From Octopus vulgaris (taxonomy: Eukaryota): 64,000 bases of DNA. Shown one piece after another: positions 40,721 through 55,910 of the stretch; the first letter of the stretch is position 1; every line of letters starts with the position of its first letter. The notes under the pieces were generated by a model that was not told the DNA's origin, made no database searches, and was given only the letters and a program-made list of their open reading frames with translations. The stretch lies in the NCBI GenBank assembly GCA_951406725.2, contig OX597817.1, positions 8,370,001 to 8,434,000 on the forward strand, written 5' to 3'. The translations under genes were made by a program, and so were the position numbers.

Positions 40721-42704
40721 TCCTGAAAACATTTTTTGTTAATTTTTGTTTACTGTAAATGTAAGCAGAAACCTGCCTAATTCAGTTTTGAATATCTTCG
40801 TCATCGGAAATAAAGCTGTCTTGATGTTTAAATTGGAAGACTGTGGCTAGCTCTTGTTATTACATTGAGTATAGTGTTCTACTGATAGTGGACATCTCAC
40901 TTCTCTGGTGTCAACTGTCAGGCCGACTCTTTCATATGCTGCTGTAGATGCTGATAAAATGATGGCGTGTAGCGCTTTCGGAATGTAATGCTTGTCAATG
41001 CAGCAGCATTATTACCAGCCGATCAGCAATGTGTTGTTCATGAGCCCCAATGGTTACTGATAAATCGCATGCATATATAACACTGGCTGCACTGAATTCC
41101 ACACATCTGACCGTAAATAATTGACCTGGCTTCATTAACCTCGTTACTGGTGCGTGTACGAAGCATTCTGAGAAAAGATGAAGCAATCAAGAAATATAAT
41201 TGACAGTCAGGGTGAAGCGAAGTGGTTCCTCTTAGATGAATACTTGTATTAAACGTTGACTTATTTTTTTTTTATGTGTATTATGTATGAAAATACTGCA
41301 GTTGTCAAAGAACGAACACATTTAGTAACGGAAATATTATGTCACTGCGTTCATTTGCAGTTAATTCCAGCTTGTGTCGATTCTAATGGTTCACCAAAAA
41401 TGTTCCAGCCGTAATCATCCAGATCATCCCGTCTTTTTAATGTGTTCGGAACAACGGTATCTAGTAAGTCGGAAAATTTACAGAGTCTCGTGACACTAGT
41501 TCCAAGCACTTGCCGCTGAGTTCGAACCCCGCTGTAGTCTACTTTACTTTTCATCCTTTCAGTGCCGATTAAAAGAAAAAAAAAACAAAAAAAAACGAAT
41601 TATCAATCTAGGGAATCTAGGGCGGTGTATTGGTGGAATTGCTGCAGGTTCGTCGGATCGACTGCCGCATGGCTTATGTCCTGAATCTCTGCACCTTGAG
41701 ATCAAACCCTGATTGGGTCAGCATTATCTTTCACCCATTTGATACTGATAAAATTTTTTAAAAAAGTACTAATCTAGAGTGAGGCATTGGTGAAACTGTA
41801 GGCACATCGGTCTGTATGCATTATGATATTTGTTCGGTCTCTTTGCATTCTGAGATCGAATCACGCTTTATCTTATTAGCTGAGTGCTAGATTCAGTTCG
41901 TCGCTCGATTTAACATTTTTGCAAGCATTTATGGCAGCTCCCTGGCTTCAGGATGCCTCTCTCCTACTTTCCTGCCAGTTTTCAAGATCCTTTAAAAGGT
42001 CATGAGCCCTGATTTCTCTCCCAACTAAAAGATAATGAAGATTGCCCTTTCTTTTTTGAAGACTAATGTGCAATTTGAGGGAGAATTGTGTGCTATTTTA
42101 GCAGGTCAAGCAGTCAATCGGATGCGTCTTCCATAGATCATGTTTACTCCAAGGGGGAAAATTGATTGGATCTTGAGAGTACAACGCCTAATCATGCTAA
42201 AGACAGTGCAATCCGTAATTCCTTACCTAGTTTTAAAAAGTCTGTTTAATATCGATATATAGGGACCATAAGGGACCCTATCAGATATTAAGTTGGAAGG
42301 TACAGATACTATTATACATTGACCTTAGCTAAAGGGTAGAGAAGTTATGGTAATGGAATGTTTCCCCAGATTAATCCTGGACTAAGCTGACTCAATCATG
42401 ATCATGTCGTCGTGTTTATATGAGACATCGCGCATCTAGGTCATATTAAAGGTTTGTTCCTGTTCTAGGTGTTAGGGTGTACTACTAACAGCTATTTCTA
42501 GCAGTTCGAGTGACCGTATAGTGGCTCCATTGTTGGCTCATTGCTATTGCTGGTGTTCTTGTTGTTGCGTAATTAACTTGACCGAAGTCGACTAATGATG
42601 TTTGACGTCACCACACGTCACCGTATGTAGATGTGTAGGAGGTGGCGGCTGATTCACACCCTCGCTTTGGCAGTACTGTTCACTACTGAATGACTAATTA
42701 CTAC

Positions 42705-42748
42705 CTCGCTCTCTGTTTCACTTCATATCTTTCTATCTTATCTGTCTG

Positions 42749-42796
<48 letters not shown>

Positions 42797-43590
42797 ATAT
42801 ATATATATCTTTCTTTCACTCTCTTGTTATCTCGTTCTCTTTTATCTGTATATCAGCCAGGTTTTCCTCTCCCACTCCCTCTATCTCTTTCTCTGTCGAA
42901 CAATCTGTTTTCGTGGCTCCTTTGTCTCCCTCCGTTCCTCTCCTTTGTCTACGTAACAACTCCACCACTTCCCTCACGGTTCTCTGTATCTCTTTCTCTT
43001 TGTGTCTCTGCTCCACTATCTCTCTCTCTCCTTCCCTCTCCTCCTCTCTCTTTGTCCTTCTGTCTCTGTCACTGCCTCTGAATATGCGCTCTCCCCCCTC
43101 TCTCTCTCTCTTAGTCTTTCCTCACTCACACTTTCTCTCCCCCGTATATCTCTTCAACATCTCAAACTCGTCATTCTTTCATATCTTCTGTTTTGTTCTC
43201 TTTTACTCACACACAACTCCTCTTCCTCTTTCTTTCCTTCTCGCTCTCTTTCTGATTTTCTTTTTCCTTTCTGTCTATCTGCTTCTCTCTCTCTCCCCCT
43301 CACTCTCTCTCTCATATGTTCCCACTTCACTCTTCTTCACAGTTATTCTTTCTACCTCTCACTCTCACCCTTGCCCTTTCCCTATTCAAATTTCCATCCT
43401 TCCCTTCTTTTTCACCTTGTATTTATTACATTCCCTTTCTACTATTAACCATCAATCCCCCGCTTTTTTCCCTATACTCCTCTCTGTCTTTCTCCCGTAC
43501 TCATTGTCTACCCCTCTCTCTCTTTCTCCCCCCTCTCTCTCTCTCTCACTCTTTCTTTGCCATCAACCCCACCCCCATTCTGTCTTATAG
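42705..43590. repeat. ~0.9-kb polypyrimidine (CT-rich) low-complexity tract
   Basis: Direct reading. Confidence 0.88.
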
Positions 43591-43805
43591 TCGTTGCTAG
43601 AAGGTCATGACTTGTCTTTTTCTGCTTGTCCAGCCTTTTGTCGATTGCACACACGACAACATTTCACATGGATAAGACACGAGAGTTAAAAGAAGAAAAA
43701 AATTCGATTAACTCCAATTGACTTTGCAATTAGACACCTCTTGGAGATTTTTAAACATAAAAAGCACCAAGCAAGGGAGATAACTTTAATAACATCAGAG
43801 AGTCG

Positions 43806-43846
<41 letters not shown>

Positions 43847-43887
43847 CATTATCATCATCATCATTATCATCATCATCATCATCATCA

Positions 43888-44292
<405 letters not shown>

Positions 44293-44346
44293 TATTATCA
44301 TTATTATTATTATTATGCAAGAAGTCATCATTATTATTATCATTTA

Positions 44347-44716
44347 AGGTGGTGAGCTGGCAGAAACGTTAGCGTGCCGGGCGAAATGCTTAGCGGTATT
44401 TGTCTGCTGCTACGTTCTGAGTTCAAATTCCGCCGAGGTTGACTTTGCCTTTCATCCTTTCGGGGTCGATTAAAGAAGTACCAGTTATGCACTGGGGTCG
44501 ATATAATCGACTTAATCTGTTTGTCTGTCCTTGTTTGTCCCCTCTGTGTTTAGCCCCTTGTGGGTAGTAAAGAATAGAAATAGGTATTTCGCCCGTCTTC
44601 GTGTTCTGAGTCCAAATTGCGCCGAGGTCGACTTTCCCTTTCATCCTTTCTGGGTCGATAAAATAACTACCAGTTGAGCACTGGGGTTGGTGTAATCGAC
44701 TTACCTTTCCCCCTTG
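44347..44716 (+). mobile_element. SINE family A dimer
   Basis: Head, a unit, the junction GAAATAG|GTATTTC, then a second unit. Confidence 0.9.
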
Positions 44717-44750
44717 TAACATATATATACACACACACACGCACACACAT

Positions 44751-44788
<38 letters not shown>

Positions 44789-44890
44789 GTATTTATATTT
44801 ATCGCCATATCAATATGGGTATTCGACATTAGTAACCGTCTTTAACCCCAGGAAGAGCCTCCTCCAGCTGGTTATCAATGCATTCTGCAC

Positions 44891-44926
<36 letters not shown>

Positions 44927-45345
44927 GTGAGAGAAAGAGTGAGAAAGAGGGAGGGAGGGGAGAGAGGAAGAGAGAAAGAGAGCACATATGGATATCAACA
45001 ACATAGGTAGGAAAAATCTGCAGAGGATTGCTCAGCATGTTAAATACAATATATACGATATAGGTAATTGAGAAATATATAGCAAAGAACTTTGATTGGG
45101 ATTAGCCATGCAATTAGTATGCAAAAACTTTCTAGCCTGGAACTTTTGAAATATGAAAACCTTCAAACAAGGGAGACGACTCAAATAATATAATCTAACA
45201 CAATGTTTTTTGCAAGGTTAAGACGTTCTAGATGGGAACGAATCTTGTATATCCTAAGTTTTATGGTTCTTGCTGTTGTTGACGTCGATGTTGTTGTCGT
45301 TGTTCTTGTTGTCCTTCGGACCACCTTTTAATATAGCCTAGTTTA

Positions 45346-45960
45346 ACGCAGCGAGCTGGTAAAATCGTTAGCACGCCGGACAAAATGCTTAGCGGTATTT
45401 CGTCTGCCGCTACGTTCTGAGTTCAAATTCCGCCGCGGTCGACTTAGACTTCCATCCTTTCGGGGTCGATAAATTAAGTACCAGTTACGTACAGGGATCG
45501 ATGTAATCGACTTAATCCTTTTGTCTGTCCTTGTTTGTCCTCTCTGTGTTTAGCCCCTTGTGGATAGTAAAGAAATAGGTATTTCGTCTGCCGTTACGTT
45601 CTGAGTTCAAATTCTACCGAGGTCGACTTAGCCTTTCATCCTTTCGGAGTCGATAAATTAAGTTCCAATTACGCACTGGGGTCGATGTAATCGACTTAAT
45701 CCCTTTGTCTGTCCTTGTTTGTCTCCTCTGTGTTTAGCCCCTTGTGGATAGTAAAGAAATAAGGATCGTTAGCACGCTGGAAAAAAGTTCTTAACGGCAT
45801 TTCGTTCGTCTTTTCGTTCTGAGTGCAAATTCCACCGAAATAGACTTTGTCGTTCATCCTTTCAGAGTCAATAAAATAAGTACCATTTTAGCACTGTGCT
45901 TGACGTAATCGACTTTCCTCAGCCTCTCGAAATTGCTGGCCTTTCACCGAAATGTGAAAC
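45346..45960 (+). mobile_element. SINE family A multimer
   Basis: Two full units plus an older third copy. Confidence 0.88.
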
Positions 45961-46624
45961 CGATATATCAGCCCCATTTGAGCTGGCCTATAATTAAAGG
46001 CATTACAGTCACGTGTATTCCGCCCACTTTCTCTCTGTTGGGGGAACGGTGCAGAAAAGCGGACCTGCTGGATCTAAAGATACAACATTTCATCCGATGC
46101 GCCCCACCTTATTCTTATTGTCATATAACGGGTATGATTTTAGCGAGAATTAACTATGATTTCCAGCGGATCGAGAGATTACGCAGATTGTTCTTCATTG
46201 ACACAATGTTACTGTTGTTGATGCTGTTATTGTTTTTGGTGCAGCTGACATTGTGGATCTGCTGATAAGGGAGTTGGTGTTACAATGCTGATGATAACGG
46301 TGACGCAATACCGCAGCTCTCGTTGCTGTTGTTGGTTTGTTGTTGTTGTTGTTATGGTGGTGGTGGTGGTGGTGGTGGTAGCATAGACTATTCTTGCTGC
46401 TGCTGTAATTGTTTTGAACTTCTGCTATTGTTTATATTGCTGCTTTGAATAGTTCAGCTTTCATTTATACATTTATCTTCCTATTTTTGTTTTGTTTTGC
46501 TTTGTGTTTTTATATAATTTAGTCGAAATAGGAAGGGCAATAACCATGACAATTTTAGGAGGAAATAGACTGAGTTATGCTCAGACCGAAATCCTGTGAA
46601 CTTTGCTAAAGACACCCAAGTGGT

Positions 46625-46975
46625 TGTCGGGGATGCTAAACCGTGTGAAGGCGCATTACCCGCACTTGACAGCTGGTATACAAGCTGGCTATACAGAGAT
46701 AGAGGGCATTACACAACATTAAGGTTCAGACACGTGACCTCATCTCTTCCTCATTCTGCACTGAGACCTCGAACTGTGAAGACATGATCTAGTCTCTCTC
46801 TCAACACACACCAGCTAGCAGATAAGAGCAGAGCACAGAAGATCATGGATTTTATGCACCAACTATTCCATTTATCATTCCATTGTGCATATACATGTGG
46901 CCACAATAAACGTGTTCAAGTTACAACCTTGTTTGTATATGTTCCTCATCCGAGTTTGCTACCAGCGAGATTACA
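46625..46975 (+). mobile_element. Possible solo LTR
   Basis: TGTCGGGGA...GATTACA termini with an internal AATAAA at ~46905; no clear TSD. Confidence 0.35.
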
Positions 46976-47483
46976 GCCTTCTGAGAGTCATATTAGGTGG
47001 CTCAATGACGACTAACACCATCTAATCGTGCAACAGTTTAAAAGCAAAGGACAAATCTATGACATAACAGCTGTGAGAGGCTGTGAATTTTTAGGTGACA
47101 CGCAATAAGACTTTGAAAAAGTTTCTCCTTGCTATTTCGCGTGAAGAAGCTTATCTAAAATGTTCTGATGGCCGTATTTTCTTCACTCATGAGAAGAGTT
47201 AATTTCTTGACCTCTCCTTATTAATAACTCCCTCACAGCAGACATTCTTATCCTGTCTTTTATACCTGTAGTTCTCATCCGAATGTAAAGGCTATATTGG
47301 CAAGTCTTTCACGTTTAATCACTTTGCGAATATATATCTTTTCCACGTCTTACCTCTAAAGGGAGCATTTGGACTTAACAAAATTTCATTTCAATACCTT
47401 TGTAAAATTAAGTAACGATATCCAATTGTATTTTTGGTGTTAATCAATATCAATTGCTCCATACTACATCAGACCATCTAGAC

Positions 47484-48305
47484 CAGTGATTCTCAACCAT
47501 TTTACGTCTATGAACCTCTTTCATTCCTATTTTACTCTTTTGGATCTCTACAGTCATTCGCTGTATATATATATATATATATATAAACAATCTTACTGTA
47601 TTTTTATAATTAAATATTATTAGCAATTGCATAAAGATTAAAAATATTGGGTTGTCCGGAAAGTTCGTGCCGATTTATAGTAGCTTACCTTTCGACTTAT
47701 TTTAGAACATGGTTGAGTCCATAAAATACCTCCATATAGAGCACAGTTTAAGCTATCTTTTCGTGGAAGAAGATTTATGTTCCTATAAACTGTGTTAATT
47801 CGGTAGCCCTTTAAAATGGAAGACAAGATAATTCATTTTCGGCACTTGCTGCTTTGGGAACCAAACAAAAATTGCTGCAGCTCGGCTGGGATGTGCTCCC
47901 CACTCTCCATATTCACCAGTTATTGCTCCTCTGGATTTCCACTTATTCAGGTATCTGCAGAATAGTCTTAATGGTAAAAATTTCAATTCCTTGGATGACG
48001 TAAGAATATACCTTGATGAATTCTTTGCCATGAAACCACCTCAACTCTGGGAAGAGGGTATTTTCAACTTAAAGGAAATATGGAGACGCATTGTGCAACA
48101 AAATGGTTCATATTTAGTTGATTAAAAATGTAACGGCAAGTATTTATTGACCTTTTTCTTTCCTTTAAAAATCAGCACGAACTTTCCGGACAACCCAATA
48201 TTGTGTGTATTGTAGAAGTATAACCAATTTATTGCAGATAAATTTTACCAACAGAGTCTTAAATGGACGCCCAAGGGCCAAATGGACCTCCGTTGAGAAC
48301 CACTG
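47484..48305. mobile_element. hAT (Charlie-like) MITE hosting a mariner
   Basis: TIRs CAGTGATTCTCAAC / GTTGAGAACCACTG; 8-bp flanks ATCTAGAC and GTCTAGAT (nTCTAGAn target). Confidence 0.75.
47647..48198 (+). mobile_element. Internally deleted mariner transposon
   Basis: ~30-bp TIRs TTGGGTTGTCCGGAAAGTTCGTGC; TA TSD; C-terminus LGWDV..HSPYSPVIAPLDFHLFRYLQNSL...WRRIVQQNGSYL. Confidence 0.92.
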
Positions 48306-49197
48306 GTCTAGATAGAATGAGTAAGAGACGTTCCTGGATTCCTTTCTATATTCACTACATTTTGTAGGCAGGTTTGATGAAAAGTTTAACAGGAGAGCAA
48401 AGAACAGTGTTGACAAGCTAGCGCCTAGCTGGATGTCTTTGTGGTGATGTGTGGTATCATATTTAAAAGGTAAAGGGCTAGCATATTCGCATTATATGTT
48501 AATTACCAGCTAGCAGTGGTTACAGAACTTTGGTTAATGTAATGCCTTGAGACTCCACCTTTGCGGATAACTATCAAAGGCTGTCTAGCAGTCCGACCAC
48601 TTTACACCAAATCCCCATCGTTCCTCACTGCTTTTACATTTTGCAGAGTAGTAAGCTGCTCGATACAGCCCCACACTTCTTTCTTTTATTCGGTTTACTC
48701 ATGTGTCAACGACATTGTTTCGAGGATACAATGATTATGTAAGAGTCGATTGAGGCAACCATTGAATGTCATTTATTGTTCTGAAAAGCTATTTGGCAGC
48801 GACTTGGGTGTTCAGAATAGTTTTGTAAGGAGTGGAATGATGATGACAGCAATTTGGGTATGTCTAGCATATCTCTAATGCATATATCTATGTGCGTATG
48901 CAGGTATAGATACATATGCATGTGTGGATGTGCATGTATAAACTTGCTTTCACTTGTACAAAGCATATATGCATATATTAGAATACATTAGTCTAAAATA
49001 TGTACAAATATGTATGTACTAGCTTAAATATATATACATACATATATACAAACATACATACATACATACATACATACATACATAAATACATACATACATA
49101 CATCCATCCATCCATACATACATACATACATACATACATACAAACATACATCCATCCATACATAAATACATACAAACATACATACATACATAAATAC

Positions 49198-49244
<47 letters not shown>

Positions 49245-49416
49245 TATATATATATTCATATACATATATACACATATATATACACATACGTGTGCATGCG
49301 TATGCACACATTAATACAAACATGCCTACACATGCACAAAGATATCTACATTTATGTGTTAACGTGAAAATACATATGCATCACTCTCTTCCTCCTTCTC
49401 TCTTTCTCTCTTTCTC

Positions 49417-49466
<50 letters not shown>

Positions 49467-50335
49467 TTATTATTAATCCTAACAATTGGAAGTAAATGAA
49501 CAGAGAATATATTAGAATGAATTAATTAGAGTTTAATTAGATTTTAGAATATAGAAATACAATTTATTATTTTAACATTAAATTTTCAAAAGTGTATATT
49601 ATCTCGAGCTGTGTGTCGAATTGTTTCTTATATGACCTTTGTTATAGAAACTGTTTATAAAAAATGAACGTGGCCCTGAACGTTATACGTTAACGCACAA
49701 AATTGTGACTATTGCAAGAAAGTCACACAGAGCTTTTCATCATTGAGTATGTCATGTGATAGTTCGAAAAGAGAGATATGATTAAGTGATATTTTACTGT
49801 GTTTTCTCTCTCGTTTTATGCCAGCAGTAATAAAGACTGAAACTTGACATTAATTTAAAACAAAGAAAATATGTTATAGTTGCTTACATAATGTGTTACA
49901 CATAGTTATTGTTTTTTATTCAGTCGAAGAAGGACGTAATTAATTAATGTTAGTTCACTCACATTGAACGTGTTAAAACATATCTTTTCTTTGTTAAGAA
50001 AGTTTATGGTGAGTAAGATAATGAGGTGTGGAGCAAGTACGATAGATAATAGCCTCTACACGAATTTTACTTAAGAACGTGTGCAAGACGACATACGTAA
50101 TATATTTTCACAATAATCAATTCATAGGAAAAGGAGAATCATGTATTACTGATGTTTTTATAGCCTTTTCTGCAGTGGCTTGTATTTTTTAATAAACGAA
50201 TTTCCGTTTTTTTTTTATTCTTGTTCGATCTGTGGTATGGTCTGCACATTGACAGAATGGGAAGACAAGACATTTAAGAGATCTGGTTTTCGAGCATGTA
50301 TCCAGATGTTCACTGAGTGGAATTTTTCTATTATT

Positions 50336-51215
<880 letters not shown>

Positions 51216-51764
51216 TAAATAAAATTCTCATTTCTTTATTTTGATAGATCATTCTCTTTTAGTTATCCCGTAACTACGTATCTGACATAACAGTCGTTTT
51301 CACTTCTATTAATATTTCATTCAATTTTTCAAAACAGACTCGCATAAATTACAACAATCTATTTTCAATTTCCTTTCGTCGATTTCCGTACGCTAAATCA
51401 GACATTTCTAGCAATGTCTTTTTTTCCTATTTCGATTCACCATTACTCTTCTAATTAAAAGCAGATTATTTCCTAGTTCTGTTCAATTTTCCTACAGTTT
51501 TCAATAACATAACCTTTTAGCAAATATAAGCAACTTACTTTACAGATACATTTATTTAATTCATGTACCACGTTCAATAAATACTTGTTCAATTCGTTTT
51601 CTGATTTATGTTCGAGGTTCAATAAATAACCAGCTTTCATTTCATTGACGTTTAATAACATTGAATCTTTCAATATCGGGAGCTATTATATGCTCGGTTC
51701 AATGCTCAACACACCAGAAATAAAACTACGTACCTGAAAACACACATGTACACACACGCGCGCA

Positions 51765-51845
<81 letters not shown>

Positions 51846-52002
51846 ATCGGTGTATGTTCTTTTACTTGTTTCCGTCATTGGATTGCGACCATATCGGAGC
51901 ACATATATGTCTGTCTGTCTGTATGTATGTATGTATGTATGTATGTATGTATGTATGTATGTATGTATGTATAATACATGTTAAATACATCTATATACAA
52001 TA

Positions 52003-52233
52003 AGGCGGCGAGCTGGCAGAAACGTTAGCGCGCCGGGCGGAATGCTTAGCGGTATTTCGTCTGTCGTTACGTTCTGAGTTCAAATTCCGCCGAGGTCGAC
52101 TTTGCCTTTCATCCATTCGGGGTCGATAAATAAAAGTACCAGTTTCGCACTGGGGTCGATGTAATCGACTTAATCCCTTTGTCTGTCCTTGTTTGTCCTC
52201 TCTATGTTTAGCCCCTTGTGGGCAATAAAGAAA
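52003..52233 (+). mobile_element. SINE family A monomer, near consensus
   Basis: AGGCGGCGAGCTGGCAGAAACGTTAG...CCCCTTGTGGGCAATAAAGAAA. Confidence 0.92.
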
Positions 52234-52248
52234 TATATATACATGTAT

Positions 52249-52495
52249 GTGGGGTTACCTGGCTTAGTGTTTAGGATATTGAACACGTGATCGTAAACTT
52301 GTGTTTCCGATTCCTGGACCAGGAGATACGTTTGTGCCCTTGAGCAAAACATTTCATTACACGTCGCTCCAGTTCACTCAATTGACAAAAATGAGTAATC
52401 CTTCAATGGACTGGTGTCTCGACCAGAGGGGAATATATAAGCCACGGAAACCAGAAAATCCGCTCTTACGATCCCGTGCCTTGGGAAGGACTTTT
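52249..52495 (+). mobile_element. SINE family D (tail 4), decayed
   Basis: TGGCTTAGTG...CGATTCC...CCCTTGAGCAAAACATTT...ATGGACTGGTGTCTCGACCAGAGGGG. Confidence 0.7.
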
Positions 52496-52799
52496 GGTCC
52501 TTTTGTGGATATATATCATATGTATGTAAAATAAAAATGATATATTCATATTTGCACATATTTGTAGGATGGCAGTTGACTACTCATGAGTTCCTCTGCC
52601 CTTTGAGGGTTCTTATTTTTCGTCCCGCAGGGTGTCCAACAATCACCCTTCTCATCAAGAAAGCCTGGTGGGGTTGCCAATTTAGTCGCTGACGACCCGA
52701 CCATGCAACAGTTTGTGATAGGCCATGCCTTTCTTTTGCTGGGCTCCAATCCGGATCCATGAAAAAACGAGCCTCCCCCAACTACTCTGCCTATATATC

Positions 52800-53049
52800 T
52801 GTGCACACCTTTTAATGCCGTATATGCCATAAGGTGTGCAAATCTAATGGAGTCCTCAAAAGACATTTTAAGATCCACAAAGATCAGAACCCAACTGCAG
52901 GTCTTGGTGGTACAAATCAGATATGCAGTCTATGTGGGTGTCTTTTCAACGCATTGTCTGATTTAAAAAGCTGTACCAAGCGCCATGTTAGATCTAAGAT
53001 GTTATTACAAGAGGTGGTCAAACTCTGCATAAGGAGTACACAACCACCA
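52800..53049 (+). mobile_element. RTE-like 3' end with C2H2-like remnants, ending in (ATGT)n
   Basis: CKSNGVLKRHFKIH...ICSLCG.LF..LSDLKS; terminus CAACCACC(ATGT)n. Confidence 0.55.
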
Positions 53050-53499
53050 TGTATGTATGTATGTATGTATGTATGTATGTATGTATGTATGTATGTATGT
53101 ATGTATGTATGTATGCATGCATGTATCTATGTATGTATGTATGTATGTATGTATGCATGCATGCATGTATGTATGTATGTATGTATGTATGTATGCATGC
53201 ATGCATGCATGTATGTATGTATTTATGTATGTATGTATGTATGTATGTATGTATGTATGTATTTATGTATGTATGTATGTATGTATGTATGTATGTATGC
53301 ATGCATGTATGTATGTATGTATGCATTTATGTATGTATGTATGTATGTATGTATGTATGTATGTATGCATGCATGCATGCATGTATGTATGTATGTATGT
53401 ATGCATGCATGTATGTATGTATGTATGTATGTATGTATGTATGTATGTATGTATGTATGTATGTATGTATGTATGTATGTATTTATGTATGTATGTATG

Positions 53500-53533
<34 letters not shown>

Positions 53534-53639
53534 TGTATGTATGTATGTATGTATGCATGCATGCATGCATGTATGTATCTATGTATGTATGTATGTATGT
53601 ATGTATGCATGCATGCATGCATGTATGTATGTATGTATG

Positions 53640-53671
<32 letters not shown>

Positions 53672-54123
53672 CATGCATGCATGCATGTATGCATGTATGT
53701 ATGTATGCATGCATGTATGTATGTATGTATGCATTTATGTATGTATGTATGTATGTATGTATGTATGTATGTATGTATGTATGCATGCATGCATGCATGT
53801 ATGCATGTATGTATGTATGCATGCATGTATGTATGTATGTATGCATTTATGTATGTATGTATGTATGTATGCATGCATGCATGCATGTATGTATGTATGT
53901 ATGTATGCATGCATGTATGTATGTATGTATGCATTTATGTATGTATGTATGTATGTATGTATGTATGTATGTATGTATGCATGCATGCATGCATGTATGC
54001 ATGTATGTATGTATGCATGCATGTATGTATGTATGTATGCATTTATGTATGTATGTATGTATGTATGCATGCATGCATGCATGTATGTATGTATGTATGT
54101 ATGTATTTATGTATGTATGTATG

Positions 54124-54157
<34 letters not shown>

Positions 54158-54250
54158 TGTATGTATGTATGTATGTATGTATGTATGCATGCATGCGTGT
54201 ATGTATGTATGTATGTATGTATGTATGTATGTATGTATGTATGTATGTAT
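53050..54250. repeat. 1.2-kb (TATG)n array with CATG/TTTA variants
   Basis: Direct reading. Confidence 0.97.
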
Positions 54251-54499
54251 AACAAATTTTTATTGACTGGGACTTTAGGCTTTGTTGATGACTGTTAAGC
54301 CAGTGTTATTCACCCCATCAGTATCACTAAATATTCCCCTATTGTTCTTAAGCTTCCTTTGAATTAATCCCAGTTTAGTGATACAAACATTCACATATCC
54401 ATATATGCATGCATACATACATGCATATAGATATTCTGTATACATACATACATACATACATACATACACACACATATATGTATACATATATGCTTATAT

Positions 54500-54752
54500 G
54501 TGAAGGCACCTAGTGGTTAGGATGTTGCACACGCGATCGCTAGATCGTGGGTTCGATTCCAAGACCGGGCAGCGCGTCGTCTTCTTGAGCAAGACACTTC
54601 ATTTCACGTTGCACTAACCGCCGTTTCGCTCAGTGGGGGAATGCTGACCTGCTCGCACAGCCAGCAAGGTGGCCTCATTCGAAGTCTAAAACAATGCAAA
54701 GTGCATTGTGTAACAACACCCGATAGCCTGGTCGGTCATGTGATCACGTGAT
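54500..54752 (+). mobile_element. SINE family D (tail 3)
   Basis: TAGTGGTTAGG...GGGTTCGATTCC...TTCTTGAGCAAGACACTTCATTTCACG...GTGATCACGTGAT. Confidence 0.8.
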
Positions 54753-54755
54753 TCG

Positions 54756-54840
<85 letters not shown>

Positions 54841-54845
54841 TCATA

Positions 54846-54960
54846 CTAGTGTACTACATAAGCATCTGCTTTTCTAAAAATAGAAGTCAAAATACTCCTG
54901 TGGCTTAGGGGTAATTTGACTTCTATTTTTAGCGAAGCAGGTTCTTATGTAGTACCCTAG
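54846..54960. mobile_element. 115-bp foldback MITE with TA TSD
   Basis: CTAGTGTACTACATAAG...CTAAAAATAGAAGTCAAA pairs with TTTGACTTCTATTTTTAG...CTTATGTAGTACCCTAG; TA on both sides. Confidence 0.8.
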
Positions 54961-55095
54961 TATATATGAATATATTCATATATCTTATATACAATTACTC
55001 ATTTTGCATATACAGATTTTACGCTCGAGGCCACTAAAGCTATTATTTTTAGGAATAATAATGTCCTCTTATATACTCACACGTAATTGTATGTT

Positions 55096-55157
<62 letters not shown>

Positions 55158-55578
55158 TATATGCATCTTCATACATATACACATAAAGCGTTTGTCTATA
55201 GAAGTAACCAGCCAGAAATATTATAAATAGCATTGCTTGAAATAAAAGTTTATTAATGCAATCAATGTGAATTCAGTGTCAAGTCAAAAATAAACTGTAG
55301 GCCGCTTGGCTTGCTCAAGCGAAGCCTTACAGGATGTAAATGGAATTTCAAGTACTAATTGCTTAGAGACAACACGAAAGCTGATTGGAATGAGGCCTGA
55401 CACATCTTCTGAGAAGCAGACGGCCATGAAATTATCTCTTAATTCTAGTCATTTCTTCTTCAGGTAACTGACCATTTTTACAGTACTACAAAAATATACA
55501 ATATGGTGTCTTTACTTTTACGTTTCCACACATACACGTACACATGCGCTCACACAAACACACACACACACAAACACA

Positions 55579-55628
<50 letters not shown>

Positions 55629-55720
55629 TGCACACATATGTATATACACATACACATGCCGATCTTTATATACATGTGCGGATGTATATATATATAAATA
55701 TATATACATATACATACACA

Positions 55721-55770
<50 letters not shown>

Positions 55771-55831
55771 CATACATACATATATATATATACACATATT
55801 TACATATATACGTACATTCATACTTATATAC

Positions 55832-55910
<79 letters not shown>

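Noticed and set aside
40995-41186. Possible minus-strand exon after a TTTTCTCAG acceptor
   Set aside because: No recognisable protein motif, no convincing donor site and no partner exons
42913-43590. 225-aa Leu/Ser/Phe-rich ORF resembling a membrane protein
   Set aside because: Product of a CT-rich low-complexity tract
52834-54298. 400-470 aa ORFs (MYVC repeats)
   Set aside because: These are translations of (TATG)n, which has no stop in any frame; the same applies to the YLSI, HTYI and poly-amino-acid ORFs throughout the window
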